Positions 26,631-39,624 of a stretch of 64,000 bases of DNA are shown piece after piece (positions within the stretch are counted from its first letter, which is position 1; the number at the start of each line of letters is the position of its first letter). A program made the position numbers and the translations under genes. Under the pieces are notes generated by a model. The model was not told where the DNA came from, made no database searches, and saw only the letters and a program-made list of their open reading frames with translations. The DNA comes from Malacoraja senta (Eukaryota), in contig CM075994.1 in the NCBI GenBank assembly GCA_038087875.1, positions 8,124,001 to 8,188,000 on the forward strand, in the 5' to 3' direction.

Positions 26631-26760
26631 GTGTTTGAAGATCTGAATTCGACCGATATTGGTCTGTCATCTGGAAGTGGCAGTAATCCTGCAAGTGTCT
26701 TTAAGGATTCTGGATTAATCTTCCTCTCCAATCTAATGACGCCATTTCCAGTGCCAGTTG
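26631..26760 (+). CDS. Gene A exon (exon 15 equivalent, LNK): VFEDLNSTDIGLSSGSGSNPASVFKDSGLIFLSNLMTPFPVPV
   Basis: tttggcccag| ... G|gtaaga; phase 0-1; aligns to C4 VFEAMNSYDLGCGPGGG...VFQAAGL; not in the ORF track. Confidence 0.92.
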
Positions 26761-28101
26761 GTAAGAGGATGCTAAATGACTCCCTGGTTTAGTTTAGCAC
26801 AGTGGCGCAGCGGTAGAGTTGCTGCCTTACAGCGCCAGACATGCGGGTTCGATCCTGACCACGGGTGCTTGTCTGTACGGAGTTCTCCCCGTGACCTGTA
26901 TGGGTTTTCATCAGGTCATAAGTGATGGGAGTAGAATTAGGCTGTTCGGCCCATCAAGTCTACTCCGCCATTCAATCATGGCTGATCTATCTCTCCCTCC
27001 GAACCCCATTCTCCTGCCCTCCCCGTAACCCCCGACACCCGTACTAATCAAGAATCTATCTGTCTCTGCCTTAAAAATATCCACTGACTTGGCCTCCACA
27101 GCCTTCTATGGCAAAGAATTCCACAGATTCACCACCCTCTGACTAAAGAAATTCCTCCCCATCTCCTTCCTAAAAGAACGTCCTTTCATTCTGAGGCTTT
27201 GACTTCTGGTCCTAGACTCTCCCACTGGTGGAAACATCCTCTCCACATCCACTCTATCCAGGCCTTTCACTATTCCATATGTTTCAATGAGGTCCCCCTG
27301 TTTCAATGAGGTCCCCGCTCATTCTTCTAAACCCCTGTGAGTACAGGTTCTCTGAGAACTTCGGTTTTCTCCCACACTCCAAAGATGTACAGGTCTGTAG
27401 GTTAATTGGCTTGGTGTAAATGTAAAATTATCCCTAGTGTGTGTGGGGCCATGTTAATGTGCGGGGATTGCTGGTCGGTGCAGGCTCGATGGGCCAAAGG
27501 GCCTGTTTCCCTGCTGTGAAAAAAAAAAGATTCAGCGTGGAAACAGGCCCTTCGGCCCACCGAGTCCGCACTGACCAGCGATCCCCGCACACTAATACTA
27601 TCCTACCCACACTAGGGACAATTTTACATTTAATTTACATTTACAGCCAAAAATCTGTAGCCTCCCTTTGATCTGGTATTTTGTTGGTTCACATGCTTGA
27701 TCAATGGTGTCTTATCATTAATGTTTCATTATTAGTAATGTTTAGTGTTTTCTGAGTCATTCGTAACAGTCACTGTATGTCATGTTGTTACTTGTGGGCG
27801 GAGCACCAAGGCAAATTCCTTGTATGTGAATACTTGGCCAATAAACTTACTTACTTACTTACTTACTTTATCAAGCCAATTAACCTACAAACCTGGACGT
27901 CTTTGAAGTGTGGGAGCAAACCGGAGCACCCGGAGAAAACCCACGCAGGTCACGGGGAGAACGTACAAACTCCGTACAGACAGCACCCGTGGTCAAGATT
28001 GAACCCAGGTCTCTGGCGCCGTGAGGCAGCAACTCTACCGCTGCACCACTGTGCCGTCCCCACTTACTAACTTTCACCAACCAATGTTTCTTGCCTTCCA
28101 G

Positions 28102-28143
28102 TTTTAAATTTGAAGCAGAGGCAGGAGCGCTTGTGGAGAAATG
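28102..28143 (+). CDS. Gene A 42-nt exon (position of C4 exon 16): (V)LNLKQRQERLWRN
   Basis: tttcttgccttccag| ... G|gtaagt; phase 1-1; unique sequence island between repeats. Confidence 0.72.
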
Positions 28144-28760
28144 GTAAGTTTGTTAAATAACATGCTCAGTGGTAGGATCGCAGAAGAATAGAACACGGGG
28201 TAATTAGTTTAGAGATACAGCGTGGAACAGGTCCTTCGGCCCACTGAGTCCACACCGACCAGCGATCACCGCGTTCACACACAAGTCCTACATTATCCCA
28301 CTTTCTCATCCACTCATTACACACTAGGGGCAATTTACAGAGGGGCCGATTAACCTGCAAACCCGCACGTCTTTGCAGAGTGATACAGCGTGGAAACAGG
28401 CCCTTCGGCCCAACTTGCCCACACTGGCCAACATGCCCCATCTACACTAGTCCTGCCTCTATTTTGGCCCCTATCCCTCCAAACCTGACCTATCCAAGTA
28501 CCTGTCTAACTGTTTCTTAAACGATGGGATAGTCCCAGCCTCAACTACCTCCCCTGGCAGCTCGTTCCATACACCCACCACCCTCTGTGTAGAAAAAGTT
28601 ACCCCTCAGATTCCTATTAACTCTTTCTCCCCTCACTTTAAACCCATGTCCTCTGGTCCTCGATTCCCCCACTCTGGGCAGGAGACTCTATGCGTCTAAC
28701 CGATCTATTCCTCATGATTTTATACACCTCTATAAGATCACCACTCATCCTCCTGTGCTC

Positions 28761-31212
28761 TAAAGATAAAGATTTAGAAGACCCTGGTTCATACAGAGCC
28801 ATTGGGCTGTTAAATACAGATACAAAAATACTAGCAAAAACATTAGCTAGAAGATTAAGTAAATATGTTAGTAAATTAATAAATGCGGATCAAACCGCAA
28901 GAGATATTCATGCAATCAATTATTTCATTGGACGCAGAAAAAGCATTCGATCAAGTGGAATGGGACTACCTCGTTAAAGTATTGCAAACATTTCAAATGG
29001 AAGAGAATTTTATCTCATGGGTAAAACTATTATATGACAGGCCCACTGCTAGAATATTAACTAATAACATGTTGTCCCCGAAATTTCAATTATCAAGGGG
29101 CAATAGACAGGGATGTTCACTATCACCTCTGCTATTTGCTCTTGTAATAGAACCTCTAGCTGAAAGCATTAGAACACATCTGAATATCCATGGTTATAAT
29201 ACAAAATACTCAAATAATAAAATATCATTATACGCAGATGATGTACTACTATACATCACAAAATCACAAATTAGTATACCAAATATATTAAATCTAATAG
29301 AGGAATTTGGATCCTTTTCAGGATATACAATAAATTGGAATAAAAGTGAAATTATGACGATAAAACCCCAAGACTCAACACACCTGTTAAAATTCCCTTT
29401 TAAAATTGCTACAGAAAAATTTAAATATTTGGGAATTGAAATTACTAGAAAATACAAATCTTTATTTAATGCAAACTATATGCCCCTACTTAATAAATTA
29501 AACACCCTGATTAAATTTTGGAAAACTCTTCCGATGTCTTTAATAGGCCGAATAAATGCTATAAAAATGATCTTTCTACCACAAATTTTATATCTATTCC
29601 AATCAATACCAATATACTTACCAAAAAAGTTTTTTTTTAAACTGGATTCCGATATCACAAATTTTATATGGGACTATAAATCCCATAGAATTCAAAGAAG
29701 ACATTTGTGCAAACCTAAAGAATTTGGTCGATTAACACTCCCTAATTTTTTGTATTATTATTGGGCAGCAAATGTCAAAAATGTGGTTCACCTGTTGGAC
29801 AACTCTGTCCAGCAGGTGGATTGGATAGTAATGGAGAGAGAGGATTGCTCCCCTTTTAATATAGGAGCGATCCTTCTCTCACCAATAAAATTGAATAATA
29901 CAATATACAGTAAAAATCCAATTATTCATAGTACAATTAGAATTTGGAAACAAATAAAATTAACCTTAAAATTAAGAAACCTATCGCTTCTCTCTCCAAT
30001 AGTTAATAATCTGTCGTTTAAACCATCTATTATAGATAAATCATTTACACACTGGGAAAGAATAGGAATTAAAACGTTTGGAGACATGTATGAAAATGGA
30101 ATTTTTTTATCATTTCACCAACTACAACTTAAATACAATCTGAGAAGTAATCAATATTTTAAATATTTTCAAATCCGTGACTATTTGAAAAAATATACAC
30201 AAGAATATCAAAATTTGTCTCCAGACCTATTAGACGAAGCAATGAATATAAAGGCGGAATCAACTAATTTAATATCATACTTGTATAATATCATCCTAAA
30301 TATAGAAATACCATCATCCGATAGAATTAGAAGAGATTGGGAACAAGAACTAGCTATAAAAATCTCGAAAGAGAGTTGGGATAAACACTTGCTATATGTG
30401 CACAAATGCTCGATCAATGTAAGACATATTCTAATTGAATTTAAAACTCTACATAGACTATACTACTCAAAAACTAAAATAAGTAAATTTTCCCAAATGT
30501 CTCCCCCATCTGTGATAAATGTCTATCCCAAGAAGCAACTATAGCACATTCCTTTGTTTTTTGTATAAAAATTCAAAAATTTTGGAATGAAATCGTTGAA
30601 ATTTTTACAAAATTATTTAAAATAAAACTGAAACCGAACGCAGAATTGATTATTTTTGGAACAATGGAAGCCAACTTTGAGCTGACTTCGTTCCAAAAGA
30701 GTTTCCTTAATTACAGCTTAATAATGGCAAAAAAACTTATACTTAAATTCTGGAAAAACGCTCCCACACCAACGATAAAAATGTGGATTTCTAATATGTC
30801 CGAACTGTTACACCTGGATGACATGAGATTCCTCTTAGCAGGCAATTCAGACCATTTCCAAAAGATTTGGTCTCCATTTATCAACTTATTACAAGCATAG
30901 GGTGCAACATAACTTTGATAATAAATGGTTTCAGGACCTGGTGAGGGGTGTGTAAAGATACAAAGTAGGTACATCCCTTTTTATCTTATTTTACCTTCTT
31001 ATATCTTCTGTTCTTCCTTTTTCTTTCTTTTTCTTTCTCCTGATCACTCTTTCACGCACTTACTTTCTTATCTAACTCTCTCTATTTTTCCTCTTTTTAA
31101 AGTTTAAAACAAGAAGTGGTACAGGAAATGTATTATGTTATTTTTGGCTTATATCGCTGTAATGTCCATTACTTCTAATAAATAAAATATTTTTTAAAAA
31201 AAGAAAAAAAAG
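28761..31212 (+). mobile_element. L1-clade LINE, 5'-truncated ORF2 (RT plus C-terminal Cys region), degenerate
   Basis: SYRAIGLLNTDTKIL, SLDAEKAFD, GNRQGCSLSPLLF, LYADD; AATAAA and poly(A) tail; interrupts a CR1 fragment. Confidence 0.95.
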
Positions 31213-31979
31213 GAATAGAGACCCAGCCTACTCAACCTCTCCCTGCAGCTCACACCCTCGAGTCCTGGCAACATCCTCGTAAATTTTCTCTGCACCCTTT
31301 CCAACTTGACATCATTTTTCCTATAACATGTTGCCCAGAACTGAACACAATCTCACAAATGTCTTGCATAACTGCAACATGACCTCCCAGCTTTGTGTGT
31401 AGGAAGGAACTGCAGATGCTGGTTTAAACCGAAGATAGACACAAAAGGCTGGAGTAACTCAGTGGGACAGGCAGCGTCTCTGGAGAGAAGGGGTGGGTCG
31501 AGACACCTGAAGAAGGTCTGAAGAAGGGTCTCGACATGAAAAGTCACCCTTTCCTTCTCTCTAGAGATGCTGTCCGACCCACTGAGTTATTCCAGCTTTT
31601 TGTGTCTATCTTTGGTTTAAACCAGCATCTGCAGTTCCTTCCTACTGATTCAAGAACAGCTTCTTCCCCTCTGTTATCGGCTTCTTGAACAGCCTCTCAC
31701 AAGCTAGGCTTGAATTCCAGATCTTCCAATCTACCTCGTTGCGGCCCTTGCGCTTTTTTAGTGTCTATCTCCCAACTTCTATACTCAAATACTCGGATGG
31801 ATGAAGGCCAAAGATAGACACAAAACGCTGGGGTAACTCAGCGGGACAGGCAGCATCTGTGGAGGGAAGCAATGGGTGACGTTTCAGGTCGAGTCCCTTC
31901 TTCAGACTGAAGGCCAATGTGCCGAAAAGCCTTTTTGACCACAATATGTAGCTGCACTCCCAGATCCCTCTACTCTACA

Positions 31980-32435
31980 ATACCAGGACTAGAGGGTGTG
32001 AGCTATAGGGAGAGGTTGAGTAGGCCGGGTCTCAATTCCATGGAGTGTAGGTGGATGAGGGGTGATCTTATAGAGGTGTATAAAATCATGAGAGGATTAG
32101 ATCGGGTAGATGCTCAGAGTTTTTTACCCAGAGTAGGGAAATCGAGGACCAGAGGACACAGGTTCAAGATGAAGGGGAAAAGATTTAATAGGAATCTGAG
32201 GGGTAACTTTTTCACACAGAGGGCGGTGGGTGTATGGAACGAGCTGCCAGAGGAGGTAGTTGAGGCTGGGACTATCCCAACGTTGAAGAAACAGTTGGAC
32301 AGGTACATGGATAGGACAGGTTTGGAGGGATATGGACCAAACACAGGCAGGTGGGACTAGTGTAGCTGGGACATGTTGGCCGGTGTGGGCAAGTTGGGCT
32401 GAAGGGCCTGTTTCCACACTATGACTGTATGACTC
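31980..32435 (+). mobile_element. CR1-type LINE 3' fragment
   Basis: RGDLIEVYKIMRGLD...TRGHRFK. Confidence 0.88.
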
Positions 32436-32553
32436 TCCAGTTTCCCGACCATTCCCTGTGTAAGTGTGTGAATGGTGAGGGCAGCTGTAAATAAGGTTGA
32501 GAGTGAGGGGACACATGAGATGCTGCAGTAACCTTGATGTCTCTCCACCCCAG

Positions 32554-32613
32554 TCAAAGGACGGGCGAAGGTTATCATCACACCGAAGGACCAAGGACCA
32601 TCCGGAGATGAAG
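32554..32613 (+). CDS. Gene A 60-nt exon (position of the C4 anaphylatoxin exon 17): (V)KGRAKVIITPKDQGPSGDE
   Basis: ctctccaccccag| ... AAG|gtaact; phase 1-1; unique island. Confidence 0.68.
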
Positions 32614-32910
32614 GTAACTTTCAGCAAACTCTTTACAAAATCCGTTCTGGACATTTCTCCATCCACCTGCTTTGTTTGGGGTTCAGATTTAGAGATACAG
32701 CATGGAAACAGGCCCTTCGGCCCACCGAGTCCACGCCGACCATTGGTGAACCGTTCCCACGCTAGTTTTATGTGATCCCACTTTCTCATCCACGCCGGGA
32801 CAATTTTTTCAGAAGCCAATCCACGTACAAGCCCGCACGTCTTTGGGATGTGGGAGGAAACCGGAGCACCTGGAGGAAACCCACACGGTCACAGGGGGAA
32901 CGTGCAAACT

Positions 32911-32948
<38 letters not shown>

Positions 32949-32961
32949 ACACACACACACA

Positions 32962-33034
<73 letters not shown>

Positions 33035-34181
33035 TCACTCACTCACTCACTCACTCACACACACACACACACTCTCTCTCTCTCTCTCTCTCTCAGACAG
33101 TGCAGAAGCTCAGAATTGAACCCGGGTCTCTGGAGCTGTGAGGCAGCAGCTCCACCCACTGCGCCACCGTGTCACGTGCACTGAGGTGCAGTCAAAAGCT
33201 TTATTTCGCATGTTAATGCCCAGACCAGACAATACCGAAGATAGACACAAAGTGCTGGAGTAACTCAGCGTGTCAGGCAGCATCTCTGGAGAGAAGGAAT
33301 GCGCGACGTTTCGGGTCGAGACCCTTCTTCAGACTGAGAGTCAGGGGAGTGGGAGACACAGAGATATGGAAGGGTAAGGTGTGAAAACGACAGATCAAAG
33401 GGGACATTGATCAAAGATACATTGTTAGCTGAGGGGAAGGTGACAACGAGGCGTACAATCAATAAAATGTAATCAGGAGGACAGTGAAACTAGTCGTAGA
33501 ACTAGGGAGTGGGTGGGATGGAGAGAGAGGTAAAGGAAGGGTTACTTGAAGTTAGAGAAGTCAATGTTCATACCGCTGGGGTGTAAGCTGCCCGAGCGAA
33601 ATATGAGGTGCTGTTCCTCCAATAGGACATTAACATTATCCTACATACTAGGGACAATTTACAGTTTTACTGAAGCTAATTAACTTACAACCATGCGCGT
33701 CTTTGGAGTGTAGGAGGGAACCAGAGATCCCGGAGAAAACCCACGCAGGTCACAGGGAGAACGTACAAACTCCGTGCAGACAGCAGGCATAGTCAGGATG
33801 GAACCCGGGGTCTCTACCGCTGCTCCACCTAAAGACTCTAGATCATGATTAGTACTCCACTATGCTTCCATCTGTTATCAGTCATCTGAACCATCCTACC
33901 ACAACCAGAGAGCAGCCCTGAACTACTATCTACCTCACTGGAGACCCTCGGACTATCCTTGATCAGACTTTACTGGCTTTACCTTGCACTAAACGTTATT
34001 CCCTTATCATGTATCTGTACACTGTGGACGGCTTGATTGTAATCAGGTCTTGTCTTTCCGCTGACTGGATAGCACGCAACAAAAGCTTTTCACTGTACCT
34101 CGGTACACGTGATATTAATGAACTAAACTAATAAGCTAAACTAAACTAATCACCTCTCTCTGCTTTCTCTCCCCTCCATAG

Positions 34182-34257
34182 TTGAATGGGTGAAGCCTCT
34201 GTTCCGAGGCACCTCAATGTGGCAGTTCAATACACCTCCGGGAAATAAAACCTTCAG
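34182..34257 (+). CDS. Gene A exon (exon 18 equivalent, MG6-alpha): (V)EWVKPLFRGTSMWQFNTPPGNKTF
   Basis: long pyrimidine tract and catag| ... CAG|gtacgg; phase 1-2; degenerate VRSxFPExWLW motif. Confidence 0.82.
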
Positions 34258-34408
34258 GTACGGACAATTCCTGTTATTCCCCTCTTCCAGGTTGGCTGCT
34301 GGTTTAGTTCTTAGCCTAGTTTAGAGATACAGCGCGGAAACAGGCCCTTCAGCCCACCGGGTCCGTGCTGACCAGCGATCCCCGCAAATTAACTACCCTG
34401 CACACACT

Positions 34409-34411
<3 letters not shown>

Positions 34412-34454
<43 letters not shown>

Positions 34455-35780
34455 CTTTCTCCCTCTATCTCCCTCTCCTAACCCCTCTCCCTCTCCTCCC
34501 CTCCTCCTCCCACCCCATCCCTCTCTCCCAACCCCCCTTCTCCCTCCACACTCTTCCCCCTCCCTCCCCTACCCCATCTCCCTAATCCCCTCCCTCCCTC
34601 CCCCATCCCTCCCCCCTCCCCCACACCTCTCTCTCCCTCCCCCATCCCTCTCTCCCGTCCCCATTCCCTCTCTCCCCCCACCCCCTTCCCCCCTACCCCT
34701 CTGTCCCTCTTCCACCACTCCCCCTACCACTCTCCCCCTCCCTCCCCACTCTTCCACATCTCTCCTCCCTTCTCCCACCCCTCTCCCTCCCTCTCTCTCC
34801 CCCTCCCTCCCTCTCTCCCCCCACCCCCTTCCCCTCTCTCCCTCTTTCACCACTCCCCTCTACCCCTCTCCCCCTCACTCCTCACTCTTCCCCTCTCCCT
34901 CCCCCACCTCTCTCCCTCCCCCTCCTTCTCTATCCCCCTATCTCCACCCTAACTCCTCTCTCCCCTTCCCCTCATCCCCTCCCTCCACCTCTAACATCCC
35001 CCCCCCCTCTCCCACACCCCTACCCCTCTCCCCCCTTCCTGCCCTCCCCGCTCTCCCACTCCCCACTCTCCTCCCCCTCCCTCTCCCCCACCCTGCTCTC
35101 CTCTCCCTCCCCAATCTCTCCCCTTTCCTCTTCCCCCTCTCCCCTCCCTCCCCCTCTCCCCTCCCTCCCCTCTTCTCTCCCCACCCCGTCTCCCTCTCCA
35201 CCCCTCCCCCGCCTGTGTTTGGGGGGTGGTTAGTGTGAGTGTGATGCCGCAGCCCCCCCACCCCCCCCCCCCACCAAACGCGCGTTGGGGAAACAGCCCG
35301 CCAACAGTCTCTCTGTCTTTAACAAGGACCTGCAGATGCTGGAAAATCAAAGGTACACAAAAAATGCTGGAGAAACTCAGCGGGTGCAGCAGCATCTATG
35401 GAGCGAAGGAAATAGGCAACGTTTCAGGCCTAAACCCGTCTGAAGATGGGTTTCGGCCCAAAGCGTTGCCTATTTCCTTCCTTTTGCTGTACCAGTCTCT
35501 CTGTCTCTCCCCTTTCTCTCTCTCCCCTCTCTCTCTCTCTGTCCTTCTCTCTTCACAGCCCGCGGCTCGACTCATGCACGCCCGCTCCAACCCCCCCCCC
35601 CTTCACCTCTCTCCCCCATCCTCTCCTTCCTCTCCCCCCTCCCCCCCCTCCAACCGTGCTTTGGAGGAACAGACCCAACGGGGGGGGGGGGGGGGGGGGG
35701 TGGTTAGCGTGACGCCGCAGCCCCCCCCCCCCCCCGCAAACGCGAGTTGGGGAAAACCAATGGGTCTGCACTTGGTCTAG
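34412..35780 (+). mobile_element. Polypyrimidine-rich Helitron-like 3' portion with a duplicated end and a Penelope-tail insertion
   Basis: Ends ACCAA...TTGGT-CTAG|T; sits within a SINE. Confidence 0.55.
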
Positions 35781-36436
35781 TTTACAGTAATTCCAAGCCA
35801 ATTACCCTACAAACGTCTTTGGAGTGTGGGAGGAAACCGGATCACCCGGAGAAAACCCACGCAGGTCACGGGGAGAATGTGCAAACTCCGTACAGACAGC
35901 ACCCGTAGTCAGGATCGAACTGGGACTCTGGCGCTGTGAGGCAGCAACTCTACCGCTGCGTCAACATACCGCCCAAATACACGACCCTCATGACATTTTG
36001 CACCTCAATAAGGTCACCCCTCATCCTCCTATAAGTTCAGAAGTGCTTGGAGCAGAATGAGGCCATTCGGCCCATCAAGTCTACTCCGCCATTCAATCAT
36101 GGCTGATCTTTCTCTCCCTCCCAACCCCATTCTCCTGCCTTCTCCCCACACCCCCTGACACCTGCACTAATCAAGAATCTATCCATCTCTGCATTAAAAA
36201 TATCCACTGACTTGGTCTCCACGGCCATCTGTGGCAATGAATCCCACAGATTCACCACCTTCTAACTAAAGAAATCCCTCCACATCTCCTTCCTAAAGGA
36301 ACGTCCTTTAATTCTGAGGCTGTGACCTCTGGTCCTTGACTCTCCCACTAGTGGAAACATCCTCTCCACATCCACTCTATCCAGGCTTTTCACTAATCTG
36401 TAAGGTTCAATGAGGAACTAGGCTCCAAAGAATGTA

Positions 36437-36848
36437 CAGGCCCACCACCCATCTTCCGGTAACTGGTTTTCCGGCAACTCCTTTAATCCGGACAAAATTA
36501 TGAGAGTGCGCTTGAAATCCCCCCCTGGAAGTCCCCCCGAAAATGTGGCGCCTAGTCCGGGTGAGGCGGCCGATCTCGACCTCATCGGGACTTCCGCGGC
36601 CGCTCAGCGGGTCGGATTTGCCCCCTGCGTCTGGAGCTCTGGAACTCCGGCCCGGCTGGAGCCAGCAGATCCGTTCCCATATCCAACTTCCGAGGACGGA
36701 CTTTGCGGGCCGATACCTCGGCTCCCCGGCGGAACATTCCGGTGCCGTTGGACTCCTCTCGGAGGCCGGGACCTCTGTTGGTCCGGCAACGCGGATAATC
36801 CGGCAAGGCCCTGGAACCAAGGGTGCTGGAAAATTGGTGATGGTCCTG
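36437..36848. mobile_element. Tc1/mariner (Tigger-like) MITE
   Basis: TA|CAGG..CACCACC...GGTGATGGTCCTG|TA imperfect TIRs. Confidence 0.7.
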
Positions 36849-37873
36849 TATTTGATAGCTGTTGAATAATGCACCATCTAGAAGAGTTTAGTTCAGTTTA
36901 TTGTCACATATACCGAGGTACAGTGAAAAGCTGTTGTTGCGTGCTAACCAGTCAGCGGAAAGACAATACATGATTACAATCGAGCCGTCCACAGTGTTTC
37001 AGATACATGATAAGGAATTAACGTTTAGTGCAAGGTAAAGCCAGTAAAGTCTGATCAAGGAGTCTGAGGGTCACTAATGAGGTAGATAGTAGTTCAGGAC
37101 TGCTCTCTGGTTGTGGTAGGATGGTTCAGTTGCCTGATAACAGCTGGGAAGAAACTGTCCCTGAATCTGGAGGTGTGCGTTTTCACACTTCTGTACCTCT
37201 TGCCACGATGGGAGAGGGGAGAAGAGGGAGTGGCCGAGGTGAGACTGGTCCTTGATTATGCTACTGGCCTTGCCGAGGCAGCGTGAGGTGTAGATGGAGT
37301 CAATGGAAGGGAGGTTGGTTTGCGCGATGGTCTGGGCTACGTCCACTATTCATTGCGATTTCTTGGTGTCTCGGATGGAGCTGTTCCTAAACCAACCTGA
37401 TCTCCCGGTTGCTAAACACTTTAATGCTCCTTCCCATTCCCACACAGACCTTTCTGTCCTCGGTCTCCTCCATTGCCAGAGTGAGGCTAAATGCAAATTG
37501 GAGGAACAGCACCTCATATTTCGCTTTGGCAGCTTACACCCCAGTGGTATGAATATTGATTTCTCTATCTTCCGGCAGCCCCAGCATTCCCTCTCTCTCT
37601 ATCCCTCCCCCACCCAAGTCACACCAGCTTCTCGTTCTCACCTATCACACAGCTAACAATGGCCTGTTTCCTTTATCATCGTTACTTTTTTTATGCATAT
37701 CTTTCATTCATTGTTCTTTATCTCTCTACATCACAGTCTATATCTCTCGTTTCCCTTATCCCCGAAACGTCACACATTCCTGCTCTCCAGAGATGCTGCC
37801 TGTCCCGCTGAGTTACCCCAGCATTCTGTCTCCATGCATCCTGACGAAATGCTTTCTCTCATCTGCCTTGCAG

Positions 37874-37941
37874 GTTGACGTTTGACCCCCATCCCCTTGA
37901 ATCCTGGGATCTCCAGGCCCTCAGCCTCTCAGAGGAGGACG
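37874..37941 (+). CDS. Gene A exon (exon 19 equivalent, MG6-alpha): (R)LTFDPHPLESWDLQALSLSEED
   Basis: ccttgcag| ... G|gtgagt; phase 2-1; aligns to C4 [23 protein letters not shown]. Confidence 0.9.
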
Positions 37942-38389
37942 GTGAGTGAACCCGGTCGTCATGGCAACCGGAGTGAGGCTTTCGGGCCTACCCCGGCTAA
38001 AGCGGACGAACAATGCTCCCCGTGATCGGTGAAGATATGTGGAGGATGGAACTGTGGATGCTGGTTTACACCAATGATGGGCATCAGGGCGACAGTGTGG
38101 CGTGGTGGTAGAGTTGCCTCCTTGGGAGAGTGGGGATGCAAGGGCTACTTGAAGTTAGAGAAGTCAAAGTTCATACCGCTGGGGTGTAAGCTGCCCAAGC
38201 CAAATATGAGGCGCTGTTCCTCCAATTTGCGCTGGGCCTCACTCTGACAGTGGAGGAGGCCCAGGACAGAAAGGTCAGTGTGGTAATGGGAGGGGGAGTT
38301 AAAGTGTTGGGCAACCGGGAGATCGGGTAGGTTTAGGTGGACTGATTGCTTGACACAAGGATTCGTGAGTTGGAGGAAGAATAGCAAAC

Positions 38390-38900
38390 TTGTGCCCAAT
38401 CGGTAGAAGGATAGAGAACCTGTTCTCCATTGGTCAAAACCCCATAGTCATTGGTGGAAGGATGAAGGACCTTTTCCCTTTGGTGGATGTTGGAAACCCT
38501 GTCCTCAATTGGTGGAACAATCAACCATTGGTAGAAGGTTGGAGAGCCTGTCTCCAATTGGTGGAACTATCAAGCCCATCCTCATTGGTAGAAGGTTGGG
38601 GAGCCTGTCTCCAATTGGTGGGGAAATGGAGTACCAGTCCCCAATTAGTGGATGGACCAAGCCTATTGCAGTTGGTGGAAGGATGGAGAACCTGTCCCCA
38701 TTGGTGGAAGCATCAAAAGTCCATTACCATTGGTGGAAGGATGATGAGCCTATTCCCAATTGGTGGAATACTGGAGAACCTGTCCCTAATTGGTGGAAGC
38801 ATCAAAAGTCCATTGCCATTGGTGGAAGGCTGGAGAACCTGTCCCCCAATTGGTGGAAGAATCAAGGGCCTTTCCCCAATTGGGTGGAAGGATGAAGAAT
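38390..38900. repeat. Degenerate ~30-bp minisatellite with TTGGTGGAA core
   Basis: About 17 units with alternating GAACCTGTCCCCAA and CATCAAAAGTCCATT variants. Confidence 0.85.
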
Positions 38901-39624
38901 CTTTACAGCGCTTCCCATTCAGCGGGTATTTTTACGGCAGAGATAGATAGATTCTTGATTAGTACGGGTGTCTATAACCAGAAGTCACAGCCTCAGAATA
39001 AAAGGATGGACCTTTAGAATGGAGATGAGGAGAAATTTATTTGGTCAGAGGATGGTGAATCTGTGGAATTTATTGCCACAGATGGCGGTAGAGGCTAAGG
39101 CATTTGGGTATTTTTCAGGCAGAGATAGATAAAGCCCTGTCCCACGGTACGAGTTCATTCCAAGAGCTCTCCCGAGTTTTAAAAAAATCAAACTCGTGGT
39201 AAGCACGGAGAATGAACGTAGCGGGTACGTCGGAGCTCGTAGACATCTCATAGCGGCTCGTAACGCTAACGGCAGGTACTCGGGAAGTTTCGCTAACGGC
39301 AGGTAAGCACGGGAAGACTCGTGAAGATTTTTCAACATGTTGAAAAATGTCCACGAGAGCCCCGAGTACCGACGAGCGGCCATTACCGTAGATTTCCGAG
39401 TTCGAAAATGTCCGAGTTTGAGTTAGTTTCTTGAACAGTACGGGTGTCAGGGGTGACGGGGAGAAGGCAGGAGAATGGGGTTGAGAGGGAGAGATAGATC
39501 AGTCATGATTGAATGGCGGAGTAGACTTGATGGGCCGAATGGGCTAATTCTGCTCCTATCACTTATGACCTTGTGAAAGTATGACCTTATGACGGTATGA
39601 CCTTGGTGTGCCCTGCTGTTGAAG

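Noticed and set aside
28102..28143. Alternative reading FKFEAEAGALVEK, loosely resembling the C4a N-terminus
   Set aside because: Needs phase 2, incompatible with the phase-1 donor at 26760.
38390..38950. 186-aa ORF and a CRISPR-like periodic pattern
   Set aside because: Degenerate eukaryotic minisatellite; the 'spacers' are mutually related and there are no cas genes.
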